Shown here in pieces: positions 1-8,920 of a DNA stretch of 29,737 bases. The DNA comes from Flavobacteriales bacterium (GTDB lineage: Bacteria; Bacteroidota; Bacteroidia; Flavobacteriales_D; Sanyastnellaceae). The position numbers were made by a program, and so were the translations under genes. Position 1 is the stretch's first letter; each line of letters starts with the position of its first letter. The DNA is taken from the NCBI GenBank assembly GCA_028825055.1, contig JAPKAW010000001.1, forward strand, positions 1-29,737, in the 5' to 3' direction. A model generated the notes under the pieces. The model was given only the letters and a program-made list of their open reading frames with translations. It ran no database searches and had not been told where the DNA came from.

Positions 1-642
1 ACTGTAAGACCAATCGCTGTCACGTTTCCCGGAAATGGGTAGCACGAAATGCGCCAGACGAGGTCCTAAATCTCGAGCAGGGTTGATGGCGTACCCCGTT
101 GGTCCCCCCAATCCCATTCCAATCCCTGCGACCAACAAGGCCACAGGCAAGGCATCCAAAGCACCCAATGAGGTCGTAGGTTCCGAAATGGCTAAAGCAC
201 CAAAAACGAGCACAAAAGTGCCGATCAATTCGGTGATGAAATTGGAGAAGGGATGTCGGATTGCGGGGGAAGTGCTGAAAACACCCAGTTTTTTGTCGGA
301 ATCTTCTGTCGCTTCAAAATGCAGCCGAAATGCAGCCCATGCAGCAATAGCACCGAGAAAGGCACCCGTCATCTGAGCTGCGATGTAGCCGGCCATCAGT
401 CCAGAATCAAAATCTCCGAAAAGACTGAGGCCAATGGTGACAGCGGGATTGATGTGCCCGGACCCTCCCAAGTGGACTGCGGTATAGACCCCTACGAAGA
501 CGGCCATTCCCCAGCCCAATGACATCAGAATCCAGCCTCCATGTTGCCCTTTCGTTTTCGAAAGATTCAAGTTGGCATTCACACCGGCTCCCATCAAAAT
601 GAGCAAAAAAGTGCCTATGAATTCTCCGATGTAAGGTGCCAT
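1..642 (-). CDS. glpF: MIP family channel, glycerol uptake facilitator (GlpF-type); 3' end runs off the left edge of the window
   Basis: Not in the ORF track (open at the edge). Manual minus-strand translation from ATG at 642: MAPYIGEFIGTFLLILMGAGV...GGSGHINPAVT...LGVFSTSPAIRHPFSNFITELIGTF...GPTGYAINPARDLGPR...LPISGKRDSDWSYS. Two NPA motifs, and the NPARD second motif typical of aquaglyceroporins. Confidence 0.9.
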   Translation of the reverse strand, partial: MAPYIGEFIGTFLLILMGAGVNANLNLSKTKGQHGGWILMSLGWGMAVFVGVYTAVHLGGSGHINPAVTIGLSLFGDFDSGLMAGYIAAQMTGAFLGAIAAWAAFRLHFEATEDSDKKLGVFSTSPAIRHPFSNFITELIGTFVLVFGALAISEPTTSLGALDALPVALLVAGIGMGLGGPTGYAINPARDLGPRLAHFVLPISGKRDSDWSYS

Positions 643-786
643 GTTCTCGTCTGGTTTGAATCGACGGCGAAGTTAATCGTACACTCCGAATTCAAAACAA
701 CCCAAGTGGCGGTTTGGCCGTTCTCCCGTTTTTGGTTTAATTAGAGTGTGCGGAAAAGTTTACGGAGTTGGTTTTTATCAAAAATC

Positions 787-804
787 TTAACATTGCAATA
801 ACAT
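787..804 (+). promoter_or_regulatory. Possible Pho-box-like tandem repeat (TTAACAT / ATAACAT, 11-bp period)
   Basis: TTAACAT at 787-793 and ATAACAT at 798-804, in the glpF/porin divergent intergenic region. Resembles OmpR/PhoB-family direct-repeat sites. Confidence 0.3.
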
Positions 805-993
805 GGTTTTTGTAAGTGAATTGGATTCGTCGTTGAAGATTTGCACTACCAAAGCCTCACTGCAATGAACAGCCTTTTCGATGTCCGGTTCTGTCATTTA
901 GGCCTCGGTGTAGGAGACTTCGACTAACGAGGCCAAAACCAAGCGGATTTTGAAATCACTATTTCCTGCGCACAATCTGAACGAACAGTCACG

Positions 994-2193
994 ATGAAAA
1001 CATTTCAGCTTCTAGCAGTTTGTCTAGCTCTATCCGTATCTCTGACGCTTTGTGCCCAACAAACGATTGAGAGCACGTTTGGTAATGGGGTCACAGTTGT
1101 GGCTGCGGATGAGAGTTTTTCCATGAAGTTCAACGCACGTGTTCAGAGCTTATTCATCACCGAAGTGCCCGAGATGGATTTCAGTGAAGTGGAAACGAAT
1201 TGGCTCATTCGCCGGTCACGGTTGAAGTTTTCGGGCTTTGCATACAATCCCAAGTTGCAATACAAAATTGAGTTGGGCTTATCGAATCGCGACCACGGGG
1301 GCGAGACTCCGGAAACGAACAACACTTCAAACTTGATCCTTGATGCATTTATCAAGTGGAAAGTCGTGGACAACTTTGAGATCTGGGTGGGGCAAACGAA
1401 ATTACCAGGGAATCGTGAGCGTGTTATCTCTTCTCAAAAACTGCAATTTGTAGACCGGAGCCTCGTGAATTCACGATTCAATATCGATCGTGACATGGGC
1501 ATTCAATTTCGTAACAAGCATATGCTTGGAGGCATGGTCTTCAAAGAGGCTGTGGCTATTTCTCAAGGGGAGGGCCGAAATCGCACTGTTGGGAATCAAG
1601 GCGGATTGGAATACACCGGACGTGTTGAGTTCTTGCCGATGGGAGAGTTCACCAGAAAGGGCGATTATGTGAGTTCAGATCTTGAGCGTGAAGCCACGCC
1701 TAAGCTAGCCATTGGTTTGACTTTCGACCACAATGCCAATGCAGCCCGGGAGCGAGGCAATCTTGGGAGTTATGTAGCCGATACGGCATACAACAGTTTG
1801 CAAACGGTGCTTGCTGATTTCATGTTCAAGTACAATGGCTGGGTGGTTGCAGGTGAGTATGCGAACAAGAAAGCCTTGGGAGAGCGCCTGGTGGCTGGCG
1901 ATGAATTCATTAGCAACTACTACACGGGCTCGGGCGTCAACGTACAGTTGGGCTATTTGTTCAAGAACAATGTAGAACCGGCATTTCGATACACAGAAAT
2001 TACGCCAGAGTCGGCCGGGTTGTCATCGGATCGGGACCTGCAAAAGATGTATACGTTCGGATTGTCTAAATATGTTGTTGGACACAGCTTGAAAGTGCAG
2101 ACCGACGTGAGCTTCATTGACAATGATGCTGCATTCTCGCTAGAGCAAACCTTCGATATGCTCTTCCGGTTCCAGGTTGAGATGGCTTTTTGA
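994..2193 (+). CDS. Outer-membrane porin, phosphate-selective porin O/P (OprO/OprP)-like
   Basis: Signal peptide; IRRSRLKFSG, GQTKLPGNRERVISSQKLQFVDRS and DRDMGIQ motifs typical of Bacteroidota OprO/P-like porins; C-terminal aromatic strand (FRFQVEMAF). Confidence 0.75.
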   Translation: MKTFQLLAVCLALSVSLTLCAQQTIESTFGNGVTVVAADESFSMKFNARVQSLFITEVPEMDFSEVETNWLIRRSRLKFSGFAYNPKLQYKIELGLSNRDHGGETPETNNTSNLILDAFIKWKVVDNFEIWVGQTKLPGNRERVISSQKLQFVDRSLVNSRFNIDRDMGIQFRNKHMLGGMVFKEAVAISQGEGRNRTVGNQGGLEYTGRVEFLPMGEFTRKGDYVSSDLEREATPKLAIGLTFDHNANAARERGNLGSYVADTAYNSLQTVLADFMFKYNGWVVAGEYANKKALGERLVAGDEFISNYYTGSGVNVQLGYLFKNNVEPAFRYTEITPESAGLSSDRDLQKMYTFGLSKYVVGHSLKVQTDVSFIDNDAAFSLEQTFDMLFRFQVEMAF

Positions 2194-2233
2194 TCAACCA
2201 AGTAAGATTGCCTGAAAAACACGCATGAAAAAC

Positions 2234-2276
2234 AAACCGCCGCTAAGGATACACTCCTTCAGCGGCGGTTTATTTT
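2234..2276. terminator. Probable bidirectional intrinsic terminator
   Basis: AAACCGCCGCT (2234-2244) ... AGCGGCGGTTT (2261-2271) inverted repeat with A-rich and T-rich flanks, between convergent genes. Confidence 0.75.
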
Positions 2277-2312
2277 GATAGAACATTCAAGCTGAATTCG
2301 GAACCGCCGGCA

Positions 2313-4658
2313 TCAACGCACCAATGTCAAACTCCCTTGATAAATGATGGTCTGAGGGCCTTCCATTGTTTCGGGTCCATCAATCCCCGTGATCTCCAGT
2401 TCTTCGATCAGGATAGGGATTTCCAAGATGTAGTAGTAGGTACCTTCTGATGCGATCAGTCGCGGATCCCAACCTGCACTGGACCCAAAGTCATCATCGC
2501 TGAACATCAGGTTGCCCCAGCGATTGAATATTTGCATGCGCGCGTTCTGAATACTGAACAAGCCGTCCACATAAAACCGGTCGTTCTTTCCATCGCCATT
2601 GGGTGAGAACACGTTTGGGATGGTGATGCTGCAATCTTCGATTTCAACGGCAATGCTTCCCGTGGCCGAGAAATTGCAGGGCGCACCCGTCGCATAGATG
2701 ATTTGGTAAAGGCCCGGGCCGTAGTAAGCAGAAGCGGCAATCGGGCTGGGAAGCGGAATGGAATCGTTGGATTCTTCCGCCCAGAATGTCCAACTCAGTT
2801 GATACAACGGGTCCGCCTCCACGCCGAACAACAAAGAGCCGGGTACCGGGCAATAGACCAAGGTATCGCTCATCCAATCTTCTAAAACCGGAACCGGCAA
2901 CGGCATGATGTTTAAGTCCAACTCGACCAAACTGTCGCAGCCAGTGGCACTTGTCAACGTGTCCAGAAAGATCCCAGTACTGGCGTACGTGTTTCCATTC
3001 CATACGTAAGATTCGCAAGCGCTGGCGGAACTTGCGCCTGAGTAAGGCGGATAGAACGTAACGGTATGAAAGCTGCTGTCTGCGCATAAATCGCCTGTAA
3101 CATGCAAGCTCACATCATAGCTTCCCGGATTGACATCGTTGGCCACATAGAGGTCGTTACCGAAATCTTCGAAATTGAGCAAACCAAAGTCCCAATCCAA
3201 GACACCTCCACCGAGGGTGTCACCGCTGAATTCAAAAGTGGCGTCATCGCCCCAGCAGACGAAGTCAGGGGCTTCAAATGCCGCATCGATGTTCAATGAA
3301 AACCCCGAGTAATATCCCGAAAACCCAGCGTCGGCACTGCTGCCGAAAAGTCCGACTGCGACGGGGCCGGAAGATTCAACGGTGATGTCTCCAGTGAGGT
3401 CGAGGATGCGGTAGGTTTCCCAACCTTCAAACCCGTCCACGACCACCCCTCCACCATACAATACACCATCAATGGTCAGGGTGGCATCCTCCTCAGTAAT
3501 GGCGAAAATCCCCCCTGAATAGTTCGTGGATCCGATGGATTGAATGCTTGGTATTTCATCCACGGAATTCGGCATGCCGCAAGAAATCGGAGGAATGAAG
3601 TTCAATCCTGGAGTGGACTGGCTGCTACTGCCTGCCAAGAATTGATAGACGTACGCCGGCTCAGACAAGCGGATGTACACGTTCGAATGTGGCGCTCCTG
3701 TATAAGCGCTGTTAGGGGTCAGGTACCATTCTCCAGGCTGCAGGGTTGCCGAAGGGGTTGCCGATCCATTCAAGTACACCGCTGTATTGGGATAATGCGC
3801 AACAACCAACCCGCGTTCCTGTGAAGGGTCTCCAATGCCCTCCACCAAAATGTGGTCCTGACCGAGATACGGTACAGGGACAATTTGATCGGCGCCGATG
3901 TCTTGATTGCCTGTGCCCGTACCGATCGACCCGCACCAATTGCCAATGTTCACCACGATGTCTCCAGAGCTTTGGATTAGCGCGCCGATCATGCCGGCAA
4001 GATTGGCATCGGAATTGGCGTAGCCGGAGTAAACGCGGCATTCACCTGCATTGAGCGTAAAGGACAAGTTGTCGTCATTGACGGTGGGTGTTCCGGCGAA
4101 AATAACCTGGGAATTGTAATTGGAAATCTGCACCTGCACGGCCTCTTCGGTTGCCATGATCCCGAACACAAAAGACCGAATTCCGGCTTGATTGGAAATG
4201 GGCATCGCTCCAAATCGGAATGTCGTCCCTTTGGCCTTCGATCCTTTGGAGGTGAGCGCTTCGGCCTGCCAATTGCTCCGATAACGTGCATTGCAAAAAA
4301 CGGGCTCTGTCGACTCTACGATGAGGCCCCGGTTGCCAAGCGTGGTGTTCAATTCGTTTTCTGCCACCATCAACTTGCTTCCAGAAGTCTGTCCGTTTTC
4401 TATGTAAATCTCCAGTGGAGTGCCATTTTGAACGGTGTAAGGAGAATCTCCAAAGGGTGTGTCAGAACCGTCACGAATGGTGACTTCCACCGGGTCGATA
4501 CTCGGTGTCGACACGTACAAATAATGATCATTGATCTGACCCACATCTCGACTGTGAAGCGGCGGCACCCAATGGATCGTATCGAGTTGGCTCCACGATC
4601 CAAGACTAACGAGACACGTCGTCAAGAACAAAACGCCTTGAATGATGGACTGAATCAT
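2313..4658 (-). CDS. Secreted IgGFc-binding-domain protein with T9SS type-B (gliding-motility-associated, CHU_C) C-terminal domain
   Basis: Signal peptide; DQIVPVPYLGQDHILVEG...PAYVYQFLAG...GLNFIPPISC region typical of the IgGFc-binding N-terminal domain; one ACESYVWNG...GCDS repeat unit; IPNVFSPNGDGKND...IFNRWG...GTYYY type-B C-terminal domain. Confidence 0.8.
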   Translation of the reverse strand: MIQSIIQGVLFLTTCLVSLGSWSQLDTIHWVPPLHSRDVGQINDHYLYVSTPSIDPVEVTIRDGSDTPFGDSPYTVQNGTPLEIYIENGQTSGSKLMVAENELNTTLGNRGLIVESTEPVFCNARYRSNWQAEALTSKGSKAKGTTFRFGAMPISNQAGIRSFVFGIMATEEAVQVQISNYNSQVIFAGTPTVNDDNLSFTLNAGECRVYSGYANSDANLAGMIGALIQSSGDIVVNIGNWCGSIGTGTGNQDIGADQIVPVPYLGQDHILVEGIGDPSQERGLVVAHYPNTAVYLNGSATPSATLQPGEWYLTPNSAYTGAPHSNVYIRLSEPAYVYQFLAGSSSQSTPGLNFIPPISCGMPNSVDEIPSIQSIGSTNYSGGIFAITEEDATLTIDGVLYGGGVVVDGFEGWETYRILDLTGDITVESSGPVAVGLFGSSADAGFSGYYSGFSLNIDAAFEAPDFVCWGDDATFEFSGDTLGGGVLDWDFGLLNFEDFGNDLYVANDVNPGSYDVSLHVTGDLCADSSFHTVTFYPPYSGASSASACESYVWNGNTYASTGIFLDTLTSATGCDSLVELDLNIMPLPVPVLEDWMSDTLVYCPVPGSLLFGVEADPLYQLSWTFWAEESNDSIPLPSPIAASAYYGPGLYQIIYATGAPCNFSATGSIAVEIEDCSITIPNVFSPNGDGKNDRFYVDGLFSIQNARMQIFNRWGNLMFSDDDFGSSAGWDPRLIASEGTYYYILEIPILIEELEITGIDGPETMEGPQTIIYQGSLTLVR

Positions 4659-4802
4659 AATAACGTTCTGAGGTTAGATTATTCTTGGTGAGCAGCTTAA
4701 ACAACTCGAAATCTAAGCAATGATTGTAAAAGTGGAGAAGCGAGCCGCTGTAGACCCGTTGTATCTTCCGTTCATTAAAAATGGTTTCCAAAAGACAAGG
4801 CT

Positions 4803-5801
4803 ATGATTATAAAGATCGGTTGTTTTTTTGTGATGCTTGTGGGGATGGTATGTGCAGATGAAGCTGTTGCGCAGAATATCATCCCGGATCCGGGATTTGA
4901 AGCGGTCGAAGGTCCGTTTTGCGGCATCATGGGGCCCAATGATTTTAGCAATACCTTATTTAATTGGGCGAGCCCGACCTATGGCACTCCCCAAATGTTC
5001 TTTACGAATGCTGACGTGTCGTGTTACAACACGCAACCTGTCAGTACGTATTCCGGACCGATTGGAATCCGCGGCAACCAATTGCCATTGGAAGGGCAAG
5101 CGATGGCAGGATTGTATGCTTATACCATTGAAGGGTTCAATCAGCGTCATTATGTGCAAGCAGAACTGGAGGAGCCATTGGTTCCGGGGCAGGCTTATGC
5201 GGTCGGTTTTTATGTCTCGTTGGCGGATTACATTGAGTTCGCGTCTACGGGGTTGCAGGCGTTGCTCACCGCTGGGCCGGTTAATCTCAATAGTGATGAG
5301 GTTATCGATGCGCAGCCACAGGTCTCCTCGGAAGAGATGGTGGATGATGCGGTAGGGTGGACCCTCATTGTGGACACGTTAACCTTTGAAGGCCCCGTTG
5401 ATTTCATCACCATCGGAAACTTCAAGACCGATGAACAGACCCTGTTGGTACCCAACCCGACCTTTTCAGGAGCGGTCGGTACGTATGGAGCATTCTACTT
5501 CTTGGATGAGGTTTTTATTGAGGAGGTCGTCACGTCGAACCTCCAAGAAGTTGAAAATCAAAACGAGGTAAAATTCCTTTCGACATCACAAGGCCTTGAG
5601 GTCGTTTCTTCGGACTTCAAAACGGGACGCTTGCACGTGGAATTGTTTGGTCTTGATGGTCGACAAGTATTTGAGTCCTCGAGTAGGTCGTCTAGAATGC
5701 TAGTCCCTTGGACAGCGTGGTCTGGGGATTGTGCGATTGTGTCCGTGCGACTTGATTCTCATGTAACTTCTCAGGTTATCTGTCGAGGTGAATTCCGCTA
5801 A
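4803..5801 (+). CDS. Secreted protein with a beta-sandwich/carbohydrate-binding-like domain and a degenerate T9SS-like tail
   Basis: Signal peptide ending AVAQ; NIIPDPGFE...YVQAELEEPLVPGQAY..GFYVSLAD...YITIGNF-like segment...FYFLDEV pattern seen in Bacteroidota surface proteins; tail with LFGLDGRQV. Confidence 0.6.
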   Translation: MIIKIGCFFVMLVGMVCADEAVAQNIIPDPGFEAVEGPFCGIMGPNDFSNTLFNWASPTYGTPQMFFTNADVSCYNTQPVSTYSGPIGIRGNQLPLEGQAMAGLYAYTIEGFNQRHYVQAELEEPLVPGQAYAVGFYVSLADYIEFASTGLQALLTAGPVNLNSDEVIDAQPQVSSEEMVDDAVGWTLIVDTLTFEGPVDFITIGNFKTDEQTLLVPNPTFSGAVGTYGAFYFLDEVFIEEVVTSNLQEVENQNEVKFLSTSQGLEVVSSDFKTGRLHVELFGLDGRQVFESSSRSSRMLVPWTAWSGDCAIVSVRLDSHVTSQVICRGEFR

Positions 5802-5819
5802 TCCTTCAATAAGAATACG

Positions 5820-6818
5820 ATGAAAATTTTCATTCTATTGCTTGCGAGTTCTCTGACAATGTCAGGGTGCTGCGCTCAAAATACGGTGTGCTTGACGCTG
5901 GAGGAGAATCCATATCTCGACGACCCCGCTTTGTCAGAATTTTCGAAATATGTGCAGGTGCTCGGCTGTTTTGAATTGCTCGCCGAATCGTCTATTTCGG
6001 ATGAGAAGGTGCTGCATGCTGCAGCGGTTGCTGCTGAGTTGTTGGATCAAAATGAAGATGGTGTGGTAGACGACCAAAATGTAGCCAATGCCTTGGCTTC
6101 AGGTCAAGCACTCATGCCCATTTTTGAGGAAGAAGGTTCGATTGCGGAAGAGATGCTTTTTGAAAATTATGAAGGTGATGGCATTGGTGCAGTGTTGTAC
6201 TCAGATGAGATTAACCCCAACCAGCCGGGCTACTGGGGGGAAGACGCGACGGTAGAGGAGGTGCTCCATACCATCAATTCTGTGGGGCATGTTTCCGTGT
6301 ATCCAAACGCATTTAGTCTTTCCCCAGGTTCGTCGTTGCTATCAGCAGCCATGGATGTAGCCCGGGGTGGGCAGTACCTATCGGTCCCTGACATGTACCC
6401 GAAGGAGGCTTGGTACCATTACGATGATTGGACATGTGATTACGAATGCATGGCCATTGAATACCTATACTGGGCATTGGTGACGAAGATGGGGATTCTC
6501 GACGACCCTCAAACGGCCAGTGGTATTGCCGATGAATGGGAGTTGTATTCTGCCGAATTGTTGGAGGAAACGGATGTGTTGATTGACCAGCTAATCAGCA
6601 ACGCTCAATTCATGCTGCCATTAGTGGCTCCAGATGGCAACTACTGCCCTCAGGCGGTTGGAATTAGCGATGGATTAGAGTCTACTGTGCAGATTCCACA
6701 TGTTGTGCGCGTCGTGGATCTGATGGGGCGGGATACGGAGCCAATCCCAGGAATGCTGATGATTCACATGTACAGTGACGGCCACGTCAAGAAGCAATGG
6801 GTTTGCCCTGAGTATTAA
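5820..6818 (+). CDS. Secreted acidic hypothetical protein, possible zincin-like metalloprotein (EExxH), with short T9SS-like tail
   Basis: Signal peptide with SGC; DQNEDG calcium-loop-like motif; EEVLH (E146-H150) and downstream IEY (E214); VVDLMGR...MYSDGHVKK tail. Confidence 0.6.
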   Translation: MKIFILLLASSLTMSGCCAQNTVCLTLEENPYLDDPALSEFSKYVQVLGCFELLAESSISDEKVLHAAAVAAELLDQNEDGVVDDQNVANALASGQALMPIFEEEGSIAEEMLFENYEGDGIGAVLYSDEINPNQPGYWGEDATVEEVLHTINSVGHVSVYPNAFSLSPGSSLLSAAMDVARGGQYLSVPDMYPKEAWYHYDDWTCDYECMAIEYLYWALVTKMGILDDPQTASGIADEWELYSAELLEETDVLIDQLISNAQFMLPLVAPDGNYCPQAVGISDGLESTVQIPHVVRVVDLMGRDTEPIPGMLMIHMYSDGHVKKQWVCPEY

Positions 6819-6867
6819 GCGGTAGAGCTAACAGGGCGAAGGTCGAACGAGTTTGATGGGGATATCA

Positions 6868-6914
6868 TGCTTTTAAATATTTAAAAGCAATACGTCTTAA
6901 GTTGAGACGTATTG
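6868..6914. repeat. Back-to-back palindromes (22-bp perfect palindrome, then 10-7-10 inverted repeat)
   Basis: TGCTTTTAAATATTTAAAAGCA (6868-6889) is its own reverse complement; CAATACGTCT-TAAGTTG-AGACGTATTG spans 6888-6914. Confidence 0.85.
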
Positions 6915-6938
6915 ATGCTAACGATAATAACTAACATT

Positions 6939-8576
6939 ATGAAAAGAGAAAAATTCTTTCAACTCAGCAGCATTATCGCAATAGGTGCAACAGTAGCACC
7001 TCATCTAAGTCTTAAAGCTGGCATAGGAAGATTGCAGGATGTGGACGTCGTAATTATCGGAGCCGGTCTAGCTGGACTAACTGCAGCGTATAGGCTTATT
7101 CAAATCGGTGGAATCACGGTGAAGGTTCTCGAGGCAAATTCTCGTGTTGGAGGAAGAACTCTTAACGTAGAAACGGAGAGTTGTTATCCCGCAGAACTAG
7201 GAGGCCAATGGGTTGGTCCTACGCAAACCGCTATACTCGACCTAATGGATGAATTAGGGATAGAGAGCTTTCCATCTTACTTAGAGGGAGAGTCTGTTGG
7301 TGATGAAGGGTTGAGCGATTCTGAACAAATAACCTTAGGCGGCTTTGTAGCAGAGTTAGAAGAGATGGCTTCTAGCATTGACCCTAATGCTCCTTGGACT
7401 CACCCTATGGCCATGGAATATGACGCAATGACCATAGGCGACTGGATGGATAACAACGTGGGGTTCTTCATGAATACAAACGTATACCTGATGATGTATT
7501 TCGAAATTGCTGGATGGCTAGCTGAAGCTGATAACGTTTCTCTGCTCTACTTCCTGTTTTACCTGAAAAGTGCTGGTTCATGGGAAGATCTAGCAGTATC
7601 TGCCCAATCCATGCGAGTCAACAATGGTTCTCATTCCATATCTACTGCATTAGCTGATTCTATGAGTACAGATGTGTATCTAAACTCACCTGTGTCTGAG
7701 ATCATAGAGTCTGGAAATTCTGTAACTGTAGTTTATAACGGGGGCGAAATATCATGCACTAAAGTCATTATATGTATGAATCCTAAGGACGCAGCGAACA
7801 TCAGCGTAACACCAGAGCTCCCTAGCAGTAGACTGGCGCTGCAAAATAACTGGAACCTACAAGGAGGCTTAAAGAGTAGTGTATCATTCAACACACCGTT
7901 TTGGAGAGATAACGGATTAAACGGATCTGCTTCGAATAACGATATATATATCTGCTTCGACAACTCTCCCTCCGATGCTGCATGTGGAGCGATTGTAATG
8001 TTCCCATCCGAGTCTATCACAAATTTAACGTCTCTCGAAGCCCGTGAAAACGCGACTATAGCTGCTCTTGTGGTGTTATTCGGAGAGGAAGCAAATTCCT
8101 ATGTTGACTATGTTGAACATAACTGGAGTGAAGAAGAATTCATCAGCGGATGTGTTCCAGCAATAGTGCCTGGCTTCTTCGCGAATCATGGCAGCGCCTT
8201 GAAGCAGCCCGTTGGAAACATCCATTATGCTGGTACAGAAACTTCTGATGTTTGGGCAGGTTATATGGATGGTGCCGTTCGCAGTGGAGAAAGAGTAGCT
8301 TATGAAATTCTAGATGCCCTTTCAATCCTCGATCTCACAGCTGACACTCTTCAATTATACCCCAACCCTTCTAGCGATTTCTTTAGCATATCATTGGGGT
8401 CTAGGAATCAAGCTCTAGAGGTTCACCTCTATGACATCTCTGGCAAAATCGTCTTATCAAGCTCCATTCTTACGAATTCAGCAATAAGCATAAACCACTT
8501 AGCTAGCGGAGTATACCTCGCACACGTCACATTACAAAATGGAGAAACTTTTAAGAGGCGACTCCTAAAGAGATGA
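6939..8576 (+). CDS. Flavin-dependent amine oxidase (monoamine oxidase family) fused to a T9SS type-A C-terminal domain
   Basis: GAGLAG dinucleotide motif, EANSRVGGRT, ELGGQWVGPTQ, HYAGTETSDVWAGYMDGAVRSGER; C-terminal LYPNPSSD...LYDISGK...LASGVYL...KR. Start moved from the track's 6912 to ATG 6939, which gives a signal-like N-terminus. Confidence 0.85.
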   Translation: MKREKFFQLSSIIAIGATVAPHLSLKAGIGRLQDVDVVIIGAGLAGLTAAYRLIQIGGITVKVLEANSRVGGRTLNVETESCYPAELGGQWVGPTQTAILDLMDELGIESFPSYLEGESVGDEGLSDSEQITLGGFVAELEEMASSIDPNAPWTHPMAMEYDAMTIGDWMDNNVGFFMNTNVYLMMYFEIAGWLAEADNVSLLYFLFYLKSAGSWEDLAVSAQSMRVNNGSHSISTALADSMSTDVYLNSPVSEIIESGNSVTVVYNGGEISCTKVIICMNPKDAANISVTPELPSSRLALQNNWNLQGGLKSSVSFNTPFWRDNGLNGSASNNDIYICFDNSPSDAACGAIVMFPSESITNLTSLEARENATIAALVVLFGEEANSYVDYVEHNWSEEEFISGCVPAIVPGFFANHGSALKQPVGNIHYAGTETSDVWAGYMDGAVRSGERVAYEILDALSILDLTADTLQLYPNPSSDFFSISLGSRNQALEVHLYDISGKIVLSSSILTNSAISINHLASGVYLAHVTLQNGETFKRRLLKR

Positions 8577-8867
8577 ATTTAGAGGTACGGCCAATTGAAT
8601 GTCATTTTGTTGAACAGCCTGGAGGTATTGGATAATTCTGTCAAAGTGTCTGAAGCGCAAATCTTTTGGTGTGCTTTGATTCTCGTTGCGAAGAGGGGTT
8701 TATCGCATGAGAAAACGTCTTCTCTTAGTAGCTGTGATTTCCAGCATTGTGGCTAAGGGGGAAACGATCAGGTTACGACAAGTCAAATGCAAAAGTTTGA
8801 ACTAGAGAGTGAATTCTATTTTCTACGGTATCCTAGAGATATCATGGGCGCAGAGAGAAATACAAAA

Positions 8868-8899
8868 CGGAGAACCGGGGGAAAACAACCAATTCTCCG
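8868..8899 (-). terminator. Intrinsic terminator, possibly the displaced native tRNA terminator
   Basis: Minus strand CGGAGAATTGG-TTGTTTTCCC-CCGGTTCTCCG (11-bp stem, 2 G-U pairs) followed by TTTTGTATTT, just downstream of the tRNA 3'-end copy. Confidence 0.6.
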
Positions 8900-8904
8900 C
8901 TTGG

Positions 8905-8920
8905 GTGACCCCGGGAGGGT
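8905..8920 (-). repeat. att-like direct repeat: 16-bp copy of the tRNA-Arg 3' end
   Basis: GTGACCCCGGGAGGGT at 8905-8920 is identical to 10246-10261. Confidence 0.85.

Noticed and set aside
35-744. Plus-strand ORFs 35-376, 253-522 and 541-744
   Set aside because: Antisense shadows of the minus-strand glpF gene; no recognisable protein features.
6817-6850. GCGGTAGAGC...GGTCGAA resembling tRNA D- and T-arm fragments (possible second att site)
   Set aside because: No cloverleaf and no match to the tRNA-Arg 3' core.
6888-6914. Possible Xer dif site
   Set aside because: Arms do not resemble the XerC/XerD consensus (no TTATGTTAAAT-like arm) and the spacer is 7, not 6.
8707-8805. 32-aa ORF MRKRLLLVAVISSIVA..., resembling a signal-peptide remnant
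   Set aside because: Too short to support; could be a gene fragment but there is no continuing frame or recognisable homology.
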